Below are positions 55,801 to 64,000 of a stretch of 64,000 bases of DNA, one piece after another. The number at the start of each line of letters is the position of its first letter. Position 1 is the first letter of the stretch. Location: contig JBMNCO010000087.1 of NCBI GenBank assembly GCA_049366815.1, positions 10,317 to 74,316 of the forward strand. The letters are read 5' to 3'. The notes beneath the pieces are model-generated. The model worked only from the letters and a program-made list of their open reading frames with translations, searched no databases and had not been told where the DNA came from. The position numbers and the translations under genes were made by a program. Origin of the DNA: Desulfatiglandales bacterium. Its GTDB lineage: Bacteria; Desulfobacterota; DSM-4660; Desulfatiglandales; HGW-15.

Positions 55801-56081
55801 CGCTGGTTCTCGTGGAATTCATCCAGGACGCCCTCAAAGAGAAGGTCCCCCTCAAAGAGGCCATACTGGAAAGCGGAGCCATTCGTTTTCGGCCCATTGT
55901 ATTGACGGCCCTGACGACCGCCATGGGGGCGTGGCCCATCACACTGGATCCGGTTTTCTCCGGCCTTGCCTGGGCCCTGATTTTCGGGTTGCTTGCCTCG
56001 ACACTCTTTACCCTGATCCTTGTGCCTGTGGCCTATTATGCCCTCAATCGCAGAAAGGAGGCCTTCGTCAGCTCAACGTGA
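52836..56081 (+). CDS. Efflux RND transporter permease (AcrB/CzcA superfamily)
   Basis: 1081 aa. Twelve-TM architecture with two large periplasmic loops. Overlaps the adaptor gene by 11 nt. Confidence 0.95.
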   Translation: MMPDHDPGPTGLIPRIVQRFITSKFPILLILVSLSMGAASLVLTPREEEPQIVVPLADVLIQAPGASAEEVEKLVANPLERLLWQVDGVEYVYSTSRRDMAVVTVRFHVGEDRERSLVKLHNKITMNKDQVPPLVRGWVVKPVEIDDVPIVNLTFYSDRYSDHELRRVGEEVLARLSEVEDISKTSIVSGRRREVRVELIPEMMAGLAVSKPEVYEALRSTNASITAGTFSRGNREITVSSDSFVATAKDIEDLVVGVHQGRPIHLRDIARVLDGPEEALNYSRIGFSRFYLQQRGLEPEPSTFPAVTLAVAKKKGTNAVLVAENVLLKLSELKRDVIPADIQVEITRNYGQTAQEKVSDLIKSLAFAILIVVALLALTMGWREALVVAVAVPISFSLALFVNYLFGYTVNRVTLFALILSLGLVVDDPITNVDNIQRHILMGKRKPLQATLFAVNEVLPPVIMSTLAIIVSFTPMFFITGMMGPYMAPMAANVPLTVSFSTLCALTIVPWLSYYLMRRLAPEDSSAGNDHVRRQATSPWIRRAYRSVVNPFLESATKRVLLLILVLFLLAGSLSLALFRFVPLKMLPFDNKNEFQIVVDMPEGTPLEATDRVIRHFENYLRGVPEVTHFVSYVGTASPMDFNGMVRHDYLRESGNLADIRVNLADKRVREYQSHEILLRLRKDLEGIGRSLGTRVKIVEVPPGPPVLSTLVAEVYGDPSKTYAELIETAEVITALMGREPFVVDIDNTVEEKRDRLDFVLDKEKAALHGISSEEVLQTLQLALTCGHAIVHAPGERQCLPLRLTFPRENRTDVIALSQIPLKTRGGHMVPLAEIGRFAEVPEEQPIYHKNLERVVYVLGEMAGRAPAEAVLDMQKRLRNSPPPSGIRVDWAGEGEWKITLRVFRDLGVANLAAMMGIYILLVLQMNSFFMPLLIMVAVPMTLIGVMPGFWIFNVLFAEPIGGFQNPVFFTATGMIGMIALGGIVIRNALVLVEFIQDALKEKVPLKEAILESGAIRFRPIVLTALTTAMGAWPITLDPVFSGLAWALIFGLLASTLFTLILVPVAYYALNRRKEAFVSST

Positions 56082-56163
56082 AAACGCAAATTCCAATGGA
56101 CATGCCGGATTGAACATGTTATAGGCTTGAAAACATTGCCGGAAAGAATGATTTTTTAAAATT

Positions 56164-56197
56164 GTCCTCCCTTTGTTTGTCTGAAGGGAGGACTTTA
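56164..56197 (+). terminator. Possible terminator after the RND operon
   Basis: GTCCTCCCTT-N10-AAGGGAGGAC 10-bp stem followed by TTTA. The T-tract is short. Confidence 0.45.
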
Positions 56198-56227
56198 CGC
56201 ATTAAAGCGCTTGGGAGGGCAGTCTGA

Positions 56228-58129
56228 ATGTTACTCAGTTTGATGAGAAAGCACGCAAAGTCCTATCTGATCAAATTTTTGATCGCCATCATCGCGATCG
56301 TTTTCATCTTTTATTTCGGATATTCCTTTACGTCCCACGAAGGGATGAGGATTGCGACCGTAAACGGTGAGCCGATCAGCGGGGTCGAATATCAAAAGGC
56401 ATACAGGACTCTGCTGGAGGCCCTCCAAAAACAGTACAAGGACTTTTGGAACGAAAATCTGATTAAGACCTTCGACCTCAAGAACAGGGCCTTGGAGGGC
56501 CTCATCCAGGAAAAGCTGATCAGCCAGGAGGCCATGAGGATGGGGCTTGAAGTCACCGACAAAGAGGTTCAGGATCAAATCCTCTCCTACCCGTCCTTCC
56601 AGTTCAACGGGCGATTTGACGAGTCTCGGTATCGTATGCTCCTTGCCAACAACCATATGAAACCTGAGGAATTCGAAGAGGAGATCGCCCGGCAGTTGCT
56701 CCGGAGAAAAATCGAGCAGTTTTTGTCCGCATTCTTGCCGATCACCGATCAAGAGGTCGCGGATTTCTTTACCCTATCCAAGGAACGGGTAAAGATCAGC
56801 TTTGTCCGGTTTAACCCAGAGGACTTTAAATCATCCGTCACCATCGATGAATCGGCCTTGGAGACGTATTTCAAGGAGAATCAGGAGAGTTACAGGATCC
56901 CTAAAAAATTAAAGATCAGATATATCCTTATCGATTCTGACCAGTTCAAGGACGTGGTCTCCGTCTCTGAGCAACAGGTCAGGGATTTTTACGAAGAAAA
57001 TATTGAGATCTATAAAGAAAAGAAACAGGTCAAGGCCCGCCATATCCTTTTCAGGCTGGACCAGAACGCCACGGAAGAAGCCGAGAAGACGACGAAGGAA
57101 GCGGCCGAGAAGGTCCTCGAAAAGGCGCGTAAGGGTGAGGATTTCGCCGCCTTGGCCAAAGAGTACTCGGAAGGCCCGACAAAGGAAAAGGGTGGAGACC
57201 TGGGGTATTTTTCACAGGGACAGATGGTTCAACCCTTTGAGGAAGCGGCCTTTGATCTGAAAAAGGGTGAGGTGAGCGATCTGGTCAAGACCCAATTTGG
57301 GTACCACATCATCAAGGTTGAGGATACCAAGGAGGCCAGGACAAAGGGGTTAGAGGAGGTCCGGGACCAAATTGCGGAAAATCTGGCCAAAACGGTACGG
57401 GCCGATCTTGCACACGAGAAGGCCCTCTCTCTCATCGACCAGATGCCCTATGACGTGGATCTGGCAAAATACGCAGCAGAGCAGGGTGTGACGATAAATG
57501 AAACGGGCTATTTTACACAAGATGAATCCATTCCAGAGGTCGGAGGGGATCAAAGACTCCTGGAATCCCTGTTCTCTCTGGAGAAGAACGAAGTCAGTGA
57601 ATTGATGGAAATCGGAGAGAATTTTTATATCATTCAGGTATCGGATCTAAAGGCCTCCTATTTGCCTGAGTTGGAGGAGGTCCGTGATAAAGCAGCGGAA
57701 AATTTCAAGACAGAGCTGGCCAGAAAGGAGGCCAGAAAGGCCGCGGAGGAATTTCTCTCGGAAGTGCGGGAAGAGGGCAAGGTCTGGGCGGAAATAGCCA
57801 AGACCCGAGGCTTGAGTCCCGAAACAGGCGACTTTTTTTCGCGATCGGATCCCATTCCTCAGATTGGGAATGTGCCTGGACTACGGGAAGCGGCCTTTAC
57901 ACTTGGTGAGGATGGACGCTATCCAGAGAAGGTCTTTGAAGACGGTGACGGCGCCTATGTCATCAGGTGGGAGGGATATGAAGGTATCGATCTGGAAGAA
58001 TTAAAGGAGCAAAAGGACAACTATCGCGATTCACTGTTCCAGGTGAGGCACCGCACCCTCATTTCGGACTGGGTGGCCCATTTGAGGAGTAAGGCCGAAA
58101 TTGAGATTGTGACTCCTGTGGACAATTAA
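56228..58129 (+). CDS. ppiD: Periplasmic chaperone/peptidyl-prolyl isomerase PpiD
   Basis: N-terminal membrane anchor, SurA_N-like region and a parvulin domain (ARHILF...FGYHIIKV). Confidence 0.88.
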   Translation: MLLSLMRKHAKSYLIKFLIAIIAIVFIFYFGYSFTSHEGMRIATVNGEPISGVEYQKAYRTLLEALQKQYKDFWNENLIKTFDLKNRALEGLIQEKLISQEAMRMGLEVTDKEVQDQILSYPSFQFNGRFDESRYRMLLANNHMKPEEFEEEIARQLLRRKIEQFLSAFLPITDQEVADFFTLSKERVKISFVRFNPEDFKSSVTIDESALETYFKENQESYRIPKKLKIRYILIDSDQFKDVVSVSEQQVRDFYEENIEIYKEKKQVKARHILFRLDQNATEEAEKTTKEAAEKVLEKARKGEDFAALAKEYSEGPTKEKGGDLGYFSQGQMVQPFEEAAFDLKKGEVSDLVKTQFGYHIIKVEDTKEARTKGLEEVRDQIAENLAKTVRADLAHEKALSLIDQMPYDVDLAKYAAEQGVTINETGYFTQDESIPEVGGDQRLLESLFSLEKNEVSELMEIGENFYIIQVSDLKASYLPELEEVRDKAAENFKTELARKEARKAAEEFLSEVREEGKVWAEIAKTRGLSPETGDFFSRSDPIPQIGNVPGLREAAFTLGEDGRYPEKVFEDGDGAYVIRWEGYEGIDLEELKEQKDNYRDSLFQVRHRTLISDWVAHLRSKAEIEIVTPVDN

Positions 58130-58141
58130 TTTTGTTCCTGT

Positions 58142-58615
58142 TTAGGTCTCACCTTTTTCAATCTTGATCGCATATCTTTGGCCTTTCAGGGTGAGATAGA
58201 ATACGCTCTTTTCCTCTTCAATATGTTCCGCTAACTGGTAGTAGGCGGGTCGGCTGAACCGGGCAGGGAAGGCCCCATTTCTGACTCTGCAATAGAGAAC
58301 GTTCCCGGCTCCGACCATGAGGGTATAGGGATCCAGGTCTTCCCGGCTGTCGTCGCTGAGATGTAATGAAAAGCGGGGGCCTGTCTTGTCATCATCTGTG
58401 ACTGCAGTCCTCCAGACCACAAATGGGGTGTCTTCCACATCCACATAACATTGATCTCCGGCCAGAGTGATTACATATCTCCCCCGTGAATCCACCTTCA
58501 TGTTTTGGTAAAACAGTTTGACAAACTCCCGGTGAATCATTTCAAGCCCCTTGTGAAACCAGCGCCCCTCCTTGTCAATCAAGATCATGCAAGGGGGGAT
58601 ATCACTGCGGCACAT
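58142..58615 (-). CDS. DUF1285-family protein
   Basis: IDKEGRWFHKG...YVDVEDTPFVV pattern typical of DUF1285. Start placed at MCRSD. Confidence 0.7.
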   Translation of the reverse strand: MCRSDIPPCMILIDKEGRWFHKGLEMIHREFVKLFYQNMKVDSRGRYVITLAGDQCYVDVEDTPFVVWRTAVTDDDKTGPRFSLHLSDDSREDLDPYTLMVGAGNVLYCRVRNGAFPARFSRPAYYQLAEHIEEEKSVFYLTLKGQRYAIKIEKGET

Positions 58616-58680
58616 GTCAGTTTTCTCCTTTCTTTTCAGTCCTAAAAAAAATATCATATCAGAGAGTGGAATGAAATACC

Positions 58681-59304
58681 ATGAATCAGCTGAAAGATAA
58701 AGGCACCATCAAATATCTTTGCCATTGGAACCCCTCCGGCCCCCTCGACCCGGAGGAGATAGATGAGATCAACGCCTGGCGGGGCAGACTCTATCGTCTC
58801 GGGCTCATAGGGGCCTATGAGAACGGGATCGGTTATGGGAATCTCAGCATCAGGAAGGGGCAATCCGATGCCTTTATCATTACCGGTTCAGGGACCGGGC
58901 GATTGAGGTCCCTGGATGAGACCCACTACACACGCGTCACAAGTGTTGACTTCGAGGCAAACAGCCTCACCTGCAGGGGACCTGTAAGGGCCTCCTCGGA
59001 ATCATTGACCCATGCGGCCGTGTATGTATCCCATAGGGCAACAGGCGGTGTCATCCATATTCATCATATGGGCCTGTGGAAAAACCTGATGGATTGCGTC
59101 CCCACTACATCTCCGAAAGCTGGATATGGAACTCCGGAAATGGCTTTTGAGGTCATGCGGTTGTTGCGGGAATCGAATTTTAGGGGGAAGAACGTCCTGG
59201 TGATGGGCGGCCATGAAGAGGGGCTCATCGCCTTCGGAAAAGGCATTTCAGAAGCAGGGGGTCTTCTTCTCAAGCTCTACGGAGACCTGGGCGCGGGAGG
59301 GTAG
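58681..59304 (+). CDS. Class II aldolase/adducin-family protein
   Basis: ITGSGTG and SESLTHAAVY...GGVIHIHH metal-binding His pattern. Confidence 0.8.
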   Translation: MNQLKDKGTIKYLCHWNPSGPLDPEEIDEINAWRGRLYRLGLIGAYENGIGYGNLSIRKGQSDAFIITGSGTGRLRSLDETHYTRVTSVDFEANSLTCRGPVRASSESLTHAAVYVSHRATGGVIHIHHMGLWKNLMDCVPTTSPKAGYGTPEMAFEVMRLLRESNFRGKNVLVMGGHEEGLIAFGKGISEAGGLLLKLYGDLGAGG

Positions 59305-59514
59305 AAATTTGTGCATGGCCGGAGCGACACCCCAGCGGAAACAAGTTTTGTTTTCATTGACGGCGATCAGGGTGATTGGTAAGATGGGCGTCTCTTGAGA
59401 CAGCCCTCAAGAAATGCTTGTTCCCCTGAATAACCAAGCCAATGCCCGATTATTTGATGAGCCGATTCCCATCTAGAGGCAATCAATGAATTGAATGAGC
59501 CATGGAGGTTGACA

Positions 59515-60810
59515 ATGTCACACTTCAAACAAAAAGCGTCTCCGGAATTTGAAAAGGCCCTTGAAATCGGACGACCCCCCAATATCGTTCAACTTTTTCC
59601 CCATTCCAGGGCACTGATTGTGAGCGGCAAGATTATCGACCGGGCATTGTCGGCAAAAGGCAAGGCCATGACCATTGCCGCCAACGGGAGAAATCATTTT
59701 GTCATCCGAGGAGTCCTGGCGGCCGCGCAGAGGGCCAATGCCGCCATCATCATCGAGATAGCAAAATCAGAAGGCGGGCAGAGCGCCTATTGCGCCGTCA
59801 ATTTCTGGAATATTGCCGCCCAAGTGGATGCGGTCTGCAACGAACTGGGCATTACCGTGCCGGTGGCCGTTCACGCGGATCATTACGGCATCAAGAGCAG
59901 TAAGGACGTGGAATCGGCAAAGACCGAAATCCCTTCCATGTTTGATGCGGGCATTACATCCATCGCGATCGATGCCTCTCATCTGAATGATGCCGACAAC
60001 CTTCTGGCCAATCTTACCCTCAATCCCTATATTCCCAAGTGGGCGGGGTATGAAACCGAGGTTGGGGAGATTAAGGGCAAGGAGGGGCTTTCAACGGTGG
60101 AAGAGGCCCTTTTCTTGATCAAGGGACTGAATGCACATGACATATTCCCGGACTGGATCGCTCTGAATAACGGCACCACCCACGGGATTGAAGCAAGTGA
60201 TAAGGGCATCCAGGTTGATTTGACTCGACGGATTCATGAGGCATTGGCACCCTATAAAATATCCGGGGCCCAACACGGCACCTCCGGGAACAACTCTGAA
60301 AGACTACGGCAGATTGCCGAAGAGACCGCCACGACCAAGGCCAACGTGGCCACGGCCCTTCAGATGATCACTTGGGGCGTGCAGGTGAATGAGTTTGGCA
60401 ATGCCTATCTGGATCAGAACGGCGAGTTTGTCAAGATCTCCGAGCAGGGAGTAACCGACGAACTCTGGAAAGAGATGGTGGCCTACGCCGGATCAAAGGA
60501 ATTAAAAGGCGGCAACTACAAAAAATTGAACCTGCCCTTTGAAAACAAGCTCTTTGCTCAACCAAGAGAGATTCGCGAACGGATGGCGAAAGGGGTTGAA
60601 GACTTTGTCTATGAACTTCTGATCCACGTGTTTCATGCAGGGGATACAGCACCACTGGCCATAGATGCCATTGTCCGGACGGGATCCTATGATGTAGGCC
60701 CCAAGGCCGGCCGTATCGAAGATCCCGCCGATTGGACAAAGGAAAAAATCCTGGGAAAGGCCGCTCAAATCAACCAGGACAAGGGGCCGGAAGGCAATTT
60801 TGACGATTAG
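59515..60810 (+). CDS. Class II fructose-bisphosphate aldolase family protein (long form)
   Basis: VAVHADHYG, IAIDASH and NGTTHG motifs of the F_bP_aldolase fold. GGAGG RBS 7 nt upstream of ATG 59515. Confidence 0.8.
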   Translation: MSHFKQKASPEFEKALEIGRPPNIVQLFPHSRALIVSGKIIDRALSAKGKAMTIAANGRNHFVIRGVLAAAQRANAAIIIEIAKSEGGQSAYCAVNFWNIAAQVDAVCNELGITVPVAVHADHYGIKSSKDVESAKTEIPSMFDAGITSIAIDASHLNDADNLLANLTLNPYIPKWAGYETEVGEIKGKEGLSTVEEALFLIKGLNAHDIFPDWIALNNGTTHGIEASDKGIQVDLTRRIHEALAPYKISGAQHGTSGNNSERLRQIAEETATTKANVATALQMITWGVQVNEFGNAYLDQNGEFVKISEQGVTDELWKEMVAYAGSKELKGGNYKKLNLPFENKLFAQPREIRERMAKGVEDFVYELLIHVFHAGDTAPLAIDAIVRTGSYDVGPKAGRIEDPADWTKEKILGKAAQINQDKGPEGNFDD

Positions 60811-61022
60811 GTCGTCGTAGCACCCGAAGTCAAGGCCTGAAAAAAGCTGAGCGGAAATGCCGTCCGTCTTGTGTGATCGTGCTGGTGGGACATCGCGGGC
60901 CGTCCTGCGGTCCAGGACAGAGGGGGAAGAGCCGGAGGTGGAAGGGCACTGAAATCTGCGCTCCCTCAATGCGAGGGATAAAAGAGGCATGTGTTGGCGC
61001 ATAGAGCAGCGGACTGGGGGAT

Positions 61023-62060
61023 ATGAATACGGACACCTCGGAGACGACACCGCACCAGTGGGTCAAGGACATAAAAGAGAACGACCGAATACACGGACTC
61101 TATCTGGTAAAGACCAAAAAAACGGGGAGGACGAGGAAGGGTAGTCCCTTTTTGACTCTCACTCTGGCGGACAAAACCGGCGAACTTGAGGCCAAGGTGT
61201 GGGACAGGGCGGAGGCGGTTTCCCCCCTTTTTAGAGAGGGGGACATTCTGGTGGTGGAGGGATATGCCGGATCCTACCGCAATGAAATTCAATTGACCCT
61301 CTCCAATCTGTATGTGCCGGAACAAGTCACCGACAGGGGCCTCTTTCTGGAAACAACGCCCAATGATGCTGCTGAAATGATGAGGCGTCTCAGGGAGGTC
61401 CTCAGCAGCATAGAAGAGAGACATCTCAAAGGACTTATTGACCGGTTTCTTTCGGACCGGATGTTTCTATCACTCTTCAAACAGGCCCCGGCCGCAAAAA
61501 AATTTCATCATGCCTATCTCGGCGGATTGCTTGAACACACCCACTCCGTCTGTCGTTTGGCCCAAGCCGTAGCAGACCACTATCCGGATCTGGACAGGGA
61601 TTTGCTCTTGGCCGGGGCATTTCTCCATGATATCGGCAAAATCCGAGAATTCCAATATGAACGCCAGATCGACTACACAGGGGAGGGTAGACTGCTTGGA
61701 CACCTCATGTTGGGTGTGGAGATGCTGGAGGAAAGGGTCGGGGCAATAAGAGGCTTTCCCAAGGAACTGGCGCTGAGGCTGAAACACCTGATTTTGAGCC
61801 ATCACGGAGAACTTGAATACGGTTCACCAAAACGTCCCAAGTTCCCGGAGGCCTTCGCTCTGCATCTCATCGACGATCTGGACGCCAAAATGAACGGATT
61901 GGCCCGCATTATGGAGAAGGATCTCCAGGAAGGTGCCTGGACGGATTTCAACCGATTGTTCGATCGTTATTTACTCAAGCGGAGTATGCCGGACATGGAG
62001 GCAGAATCTGAAGCCGTCCCCGCCGGACACGATAAACAGAAGGCCTTGTTTTCTCCATGA
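61023..62060 (+). CDS. YhaM-like 3'-5' exoribonuclease (OB fold plus HD domain)
   Basis: N-terminal OB fold (FLTLTLADKTGELEAKVWD). HD motifs HSVCRL, AGAFLHDIGK and HHGELEYGSPK. Confidence 0.85.
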   Translation: MNTDTSETTPHQWVKDIKENDRIHGLYLVKTKKTGRTRKGSPFLTLTLADKTGELEAKVWDRAEAVSPLFREGDILVVEGYAGSYRNEIQLTLSNLYVPEQVTDRGLFLETTPNDAAEMMRRLREVLSSIEERHLKGLIDRFLSDRMFLSLFKQAPAAKKFHHAYLGGLLEHTHSVCRLAQAVADHYPDLDRDLLLAGAFLHDIGKIREFQYERQIDYTGEGRLLGHLMLGVEMLEERVGAIRGFPKELALRLKHLILSHHGELEYGSPKRPKFPEAFALHLIDDLDAKMNGLARIMEKDLQEGAWTDFNRLFDRYLLKRSMPDMEAESEAVPAGHDKQKALFSP

Positions 62061-62080
62061 CGAACCGATATCAACGGCCT

Positions 62081-63037
62081 TCACGGTTTGTCGTCCCCGA
62101 ATCCCTCCATGAGCGAACGCAATGCATTGACGGTGTCCCCCAAGGCTTCGAATTCATATGTGCAGGTCGGAGATTCAATGACTCCCATCTCAGACAGGGC
62201 GGTCTTGAGCATGGGCGGGGCCATGGTCTGGTACAGGGTCATAAGACTTCGCAGATAGCTTCCTGCTTCCCAGATCTGGTATTGATAATCGGGATATGTA
62301 TCCTCACCTTCATTGCTTCCGATGGAGGAGGCGGTGATTTTGCTCCAGACCTTGGGGGAGAGATTTGCTCCCGCCGACACCACCCCGCTGAGGCTGGGAT
62401 AACTGAGGAAGCGCGATTCGTCTCCGTCATAGATCCTAAAATCGCTCCTGGTCCTCACGGCCTTTTGATAGTGATTCGCCCGATCCAGCGAGCCTTGAAA
62501 AATCAGTCCTTTGACCGCCGGGATCCTTGAAAGGTCTTTGAGCACACTTGTTCGAATATTGTTCCTCTTAAGAGGCGTTGCGAGCATCCTGATCAAATCC
62601 GGATGATTAAGGAGAAGGACGGGCCTGTCCGGCTCTGAGAACAATTCCCTGTAAAATTTGGGTAACCCCCGGTTACTGTGATAAAGAAGAGGCGCATCGA
62701 CCCAGAAGACCTGCCCGGGATAGTTGCGTGACCGGACCTTTTTTTCCAGCAGCAAAAGGGTGTCGATGGTTCTTTCTTCCGTCTCGCGGCTTATCCATAC
62801 CAGGACCGGGATCCTGCCACGGATCACGACAAGGGCCTTTTCCAGAAGTTCTTCTCTTTGAGAGCTGTCCAGGTTTCTCCCCTCTCCCGTAAAGGGGCTT
62901 GCGAGCAGCAATCCCTGCGCGTGTGGAAGCACCCTGTCAAGGTGTCGCCCGAGACCCCTCCCGTCGATCTCTCCGTTCTTTTTAAGAGGGGTGATCAGAT
63001 CAAGTATGAGTCCGCGGGGTAAGTTTGTTTCCGCCAT
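62081..63037 (-). CDS. Dihydrodipicolinate synthase/N-acetylneuraminate lyase family protein
   Basis: TGEG motif (SPFTGEGRNLDSSQREELL) and TIM-barrel-like periodicity. Divergent member, so specificity is unknown. Confidence 0.65.
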   Translation of the reverse strand: MAETNLPRGLILDLITPLKKNGEIDGRGLGRHLDRVLPHAQGLLLASPFTGEGRNLDSSQREELLEKALVVIRGRIPVLVWISRETEERTIDTLLLLEKKVRSRNYPGQVFWVDAPLLYHSNRGLPKFYRELFSEPDRPVLLLNHPDLIRMLATPLKRNNIRTSVLKDLSRIPAVKGLIFQGSLDRANHYQKAVRTRSDFRIYDGDESRFLSYPSLSGVVSAGANLSPKVWSKITASSIGSNEGEDTYPDYQYQIWEAGSYLRSLMTLYQTMAPPMLKTALSEMGVIESPTCTYEFEALGDTVNALRSLMEGFGDDKP

Positions 63038-64000
63038 TTAGCCTAAATTCCTCTCTACCCAATAAGTCATGAAGATGAACCACACCTTTGACATGGTTTT
63101 CTCTATCCACGATGCAAAGGTGAGTAATGCCGTACAACTCCATAATGCCCAAAGCCTCTGCAGCGGTCTGGGTTTCACCCACAGTCCTGGGGGATGATGA
63201 CATGATCTCCTCCGCCCTGAGTCTGTCCATATGATCGCGCTGAAGGAGGGCTCTTCGGAGGTCGCCGTCGGTGAGAATACCCGCGAGCCTCCACGTTCGG
63301 TCCACCACAAGAGTAGCCCCGATCCCCTTTGCATCTATCTCCTTGATGGCGTCCCTCAAAGTGGTGCCCAGTAGGACTATGGGGATGTGGTCTCCTGTTA
63401 ACATCACTTCCTTGATCTGGACACCGAGTCTTTCACCAAGATGGCCTCCGGGATGAAATCGCTGAAAATCTTTCTTACTAAAACGCCGGGAATTGATCAG
63501 GACCACCGCCAGGGCGTCACCCATAGCGAGGGCCGCCGTCGTACTCGCAGTGGGCGCCAGGCCCATGGGGCAGGCTTCCCTTTCGACACCTGCGTCGATA
63601 ACCACGTCACTGGCCTCGGCCATGGGAGAGTCAAGACGTCCCACGAAGGAGATAATTTTTGCACCCATGTTGCGGATGATGGGCAGGATGTTATTGATCT
63701 CGGCCGTTTGGCCGCTGTTGGAAATGGCCAGGACGATGTCGTCTGGGGTCACCATGCCCAGATCCCCATGGATGGCCTCTGCAGGATGGAGGAAAAGTGA
63801 CGGTGTCCCCGTGCTGTTAAGGGTGGCGGATATCTTCCTTCCAACCAGTCCGGATTTTCCCATGCCCGTCAGAATGACGCGTCCCTTGGATTCCAGGATC
63901 ATCGCCACGGCCTTCTCAAAGTCCGGCCCGATGCGGTCCAGAAGATCAAGAATCGCCTGGGCCTCGATTTTCAAGACTTCCTTTACCTGTTCAATAACCA
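63000..64000 (-). CDS. kpsF: Arabinose-5-phosphate isomerase (KpsF/GutQ; SIS plus tandem CBS); N-terminus lies beyond the window end
   Basis: SIS motif LTGMGKSG and a C-terminal CBS pair. The frame stays open to nt 64000 (VIEQVKEVLKIEAQAI). Confidence 0.9.
   Translation of the reverse strand, partial: VIEQVKEVLKIEAQAILDLLDRIGPDFEKAVAMILESKGRVILTGMGKSGLVGRKISATLNSTGTPSLFLHPAEAIHGDLGMVTPDDIVLAISNSGQTAEINNILPIIRNMGAKIISFVGRLDSPMAEASDVVIDAGVEREACPMGLAPTASTTAALAMGDALAVVLINSRRFSKKDFQRFHPGGHLGERLGVQIKEVMLTGDHIPIVLLGTTLRDAIKEIDAKGIGATLVVDRTWRLAGILTDGDLRRALLQRDHMDRLRAEEIMSSSPRTVGETQTAAEALGIMELYGITHLCIVDRENHVKGVVHLHDLLGREEFRLNGGNKLTPRTHT

Noticed and set aside
1-64000. CRISPR arrays, rRNA or tRNA genes, transposase or integrase genes, toxin-antitoxin pairs or known defence systems
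   Set aside because: None was found by reading both strands. The only regular repeats are the MITE-like and hairpin families described above, and they lack CRISPR-like spacing.

Overview
The window reads as ordinary, densely coded chromosome from a moderately GC-rich anaerobe. Gene content (Tol-Pal, DsbD-type reductase, RACo-like ASKHA protein, duplicated MoeA plus a ModE-type regulator) suggests Desulfobacterota/deltaproteobacteria, but that is inference only. I support about 54 protein genes: dnaE, rarA, ppsA, fabH, ihfA, two moeA paralogs, a short modE-like regulator, a full tolQ-tolR-tolA-tolB-pal-cpoB cluster, a TolC/MFP/RND efflux operon, ppiD, ugd with an epimerase, inositol-3-phosphate synthase, a ClC channel, class II aldolases and kpsF. 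I found no rRNA, tRNA, CRISPR array, transposase, integrase or recognisable defence island. The strongest sequence-level result is non-coding. A family of miniature inverted-repeat (MITE-like) elements has four complete copies, each flanked by a perfect 6-bp A/T-rich target-site duplication, plus one truncated copy. One complete copy carries a second, unrelated nested MITE with its own 6-bp duplication. A separate hairpin repeat (ATCCGGAAAT-N4-5-ATTTCCGGAT) occurs three times. The most unusual protein is an orphan PilB/MshE-type ATPase. It has a tandem MshEN c-di-GMP-type motif at the N-terminus and a CAP-type cNMP-binding domain at the C-terminus, and it sits next to a degenerate PilZ-like gene. 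Other points are a ModE-box-like palindrome over the moeA promoter, a kinase-ATPase/pseudo-receiver protein coupled to rarA, several unannotated small genes, and three 470-590 nt gaps with no assigned function. All functional calls rest on motif recognition by eye; no database search was run.
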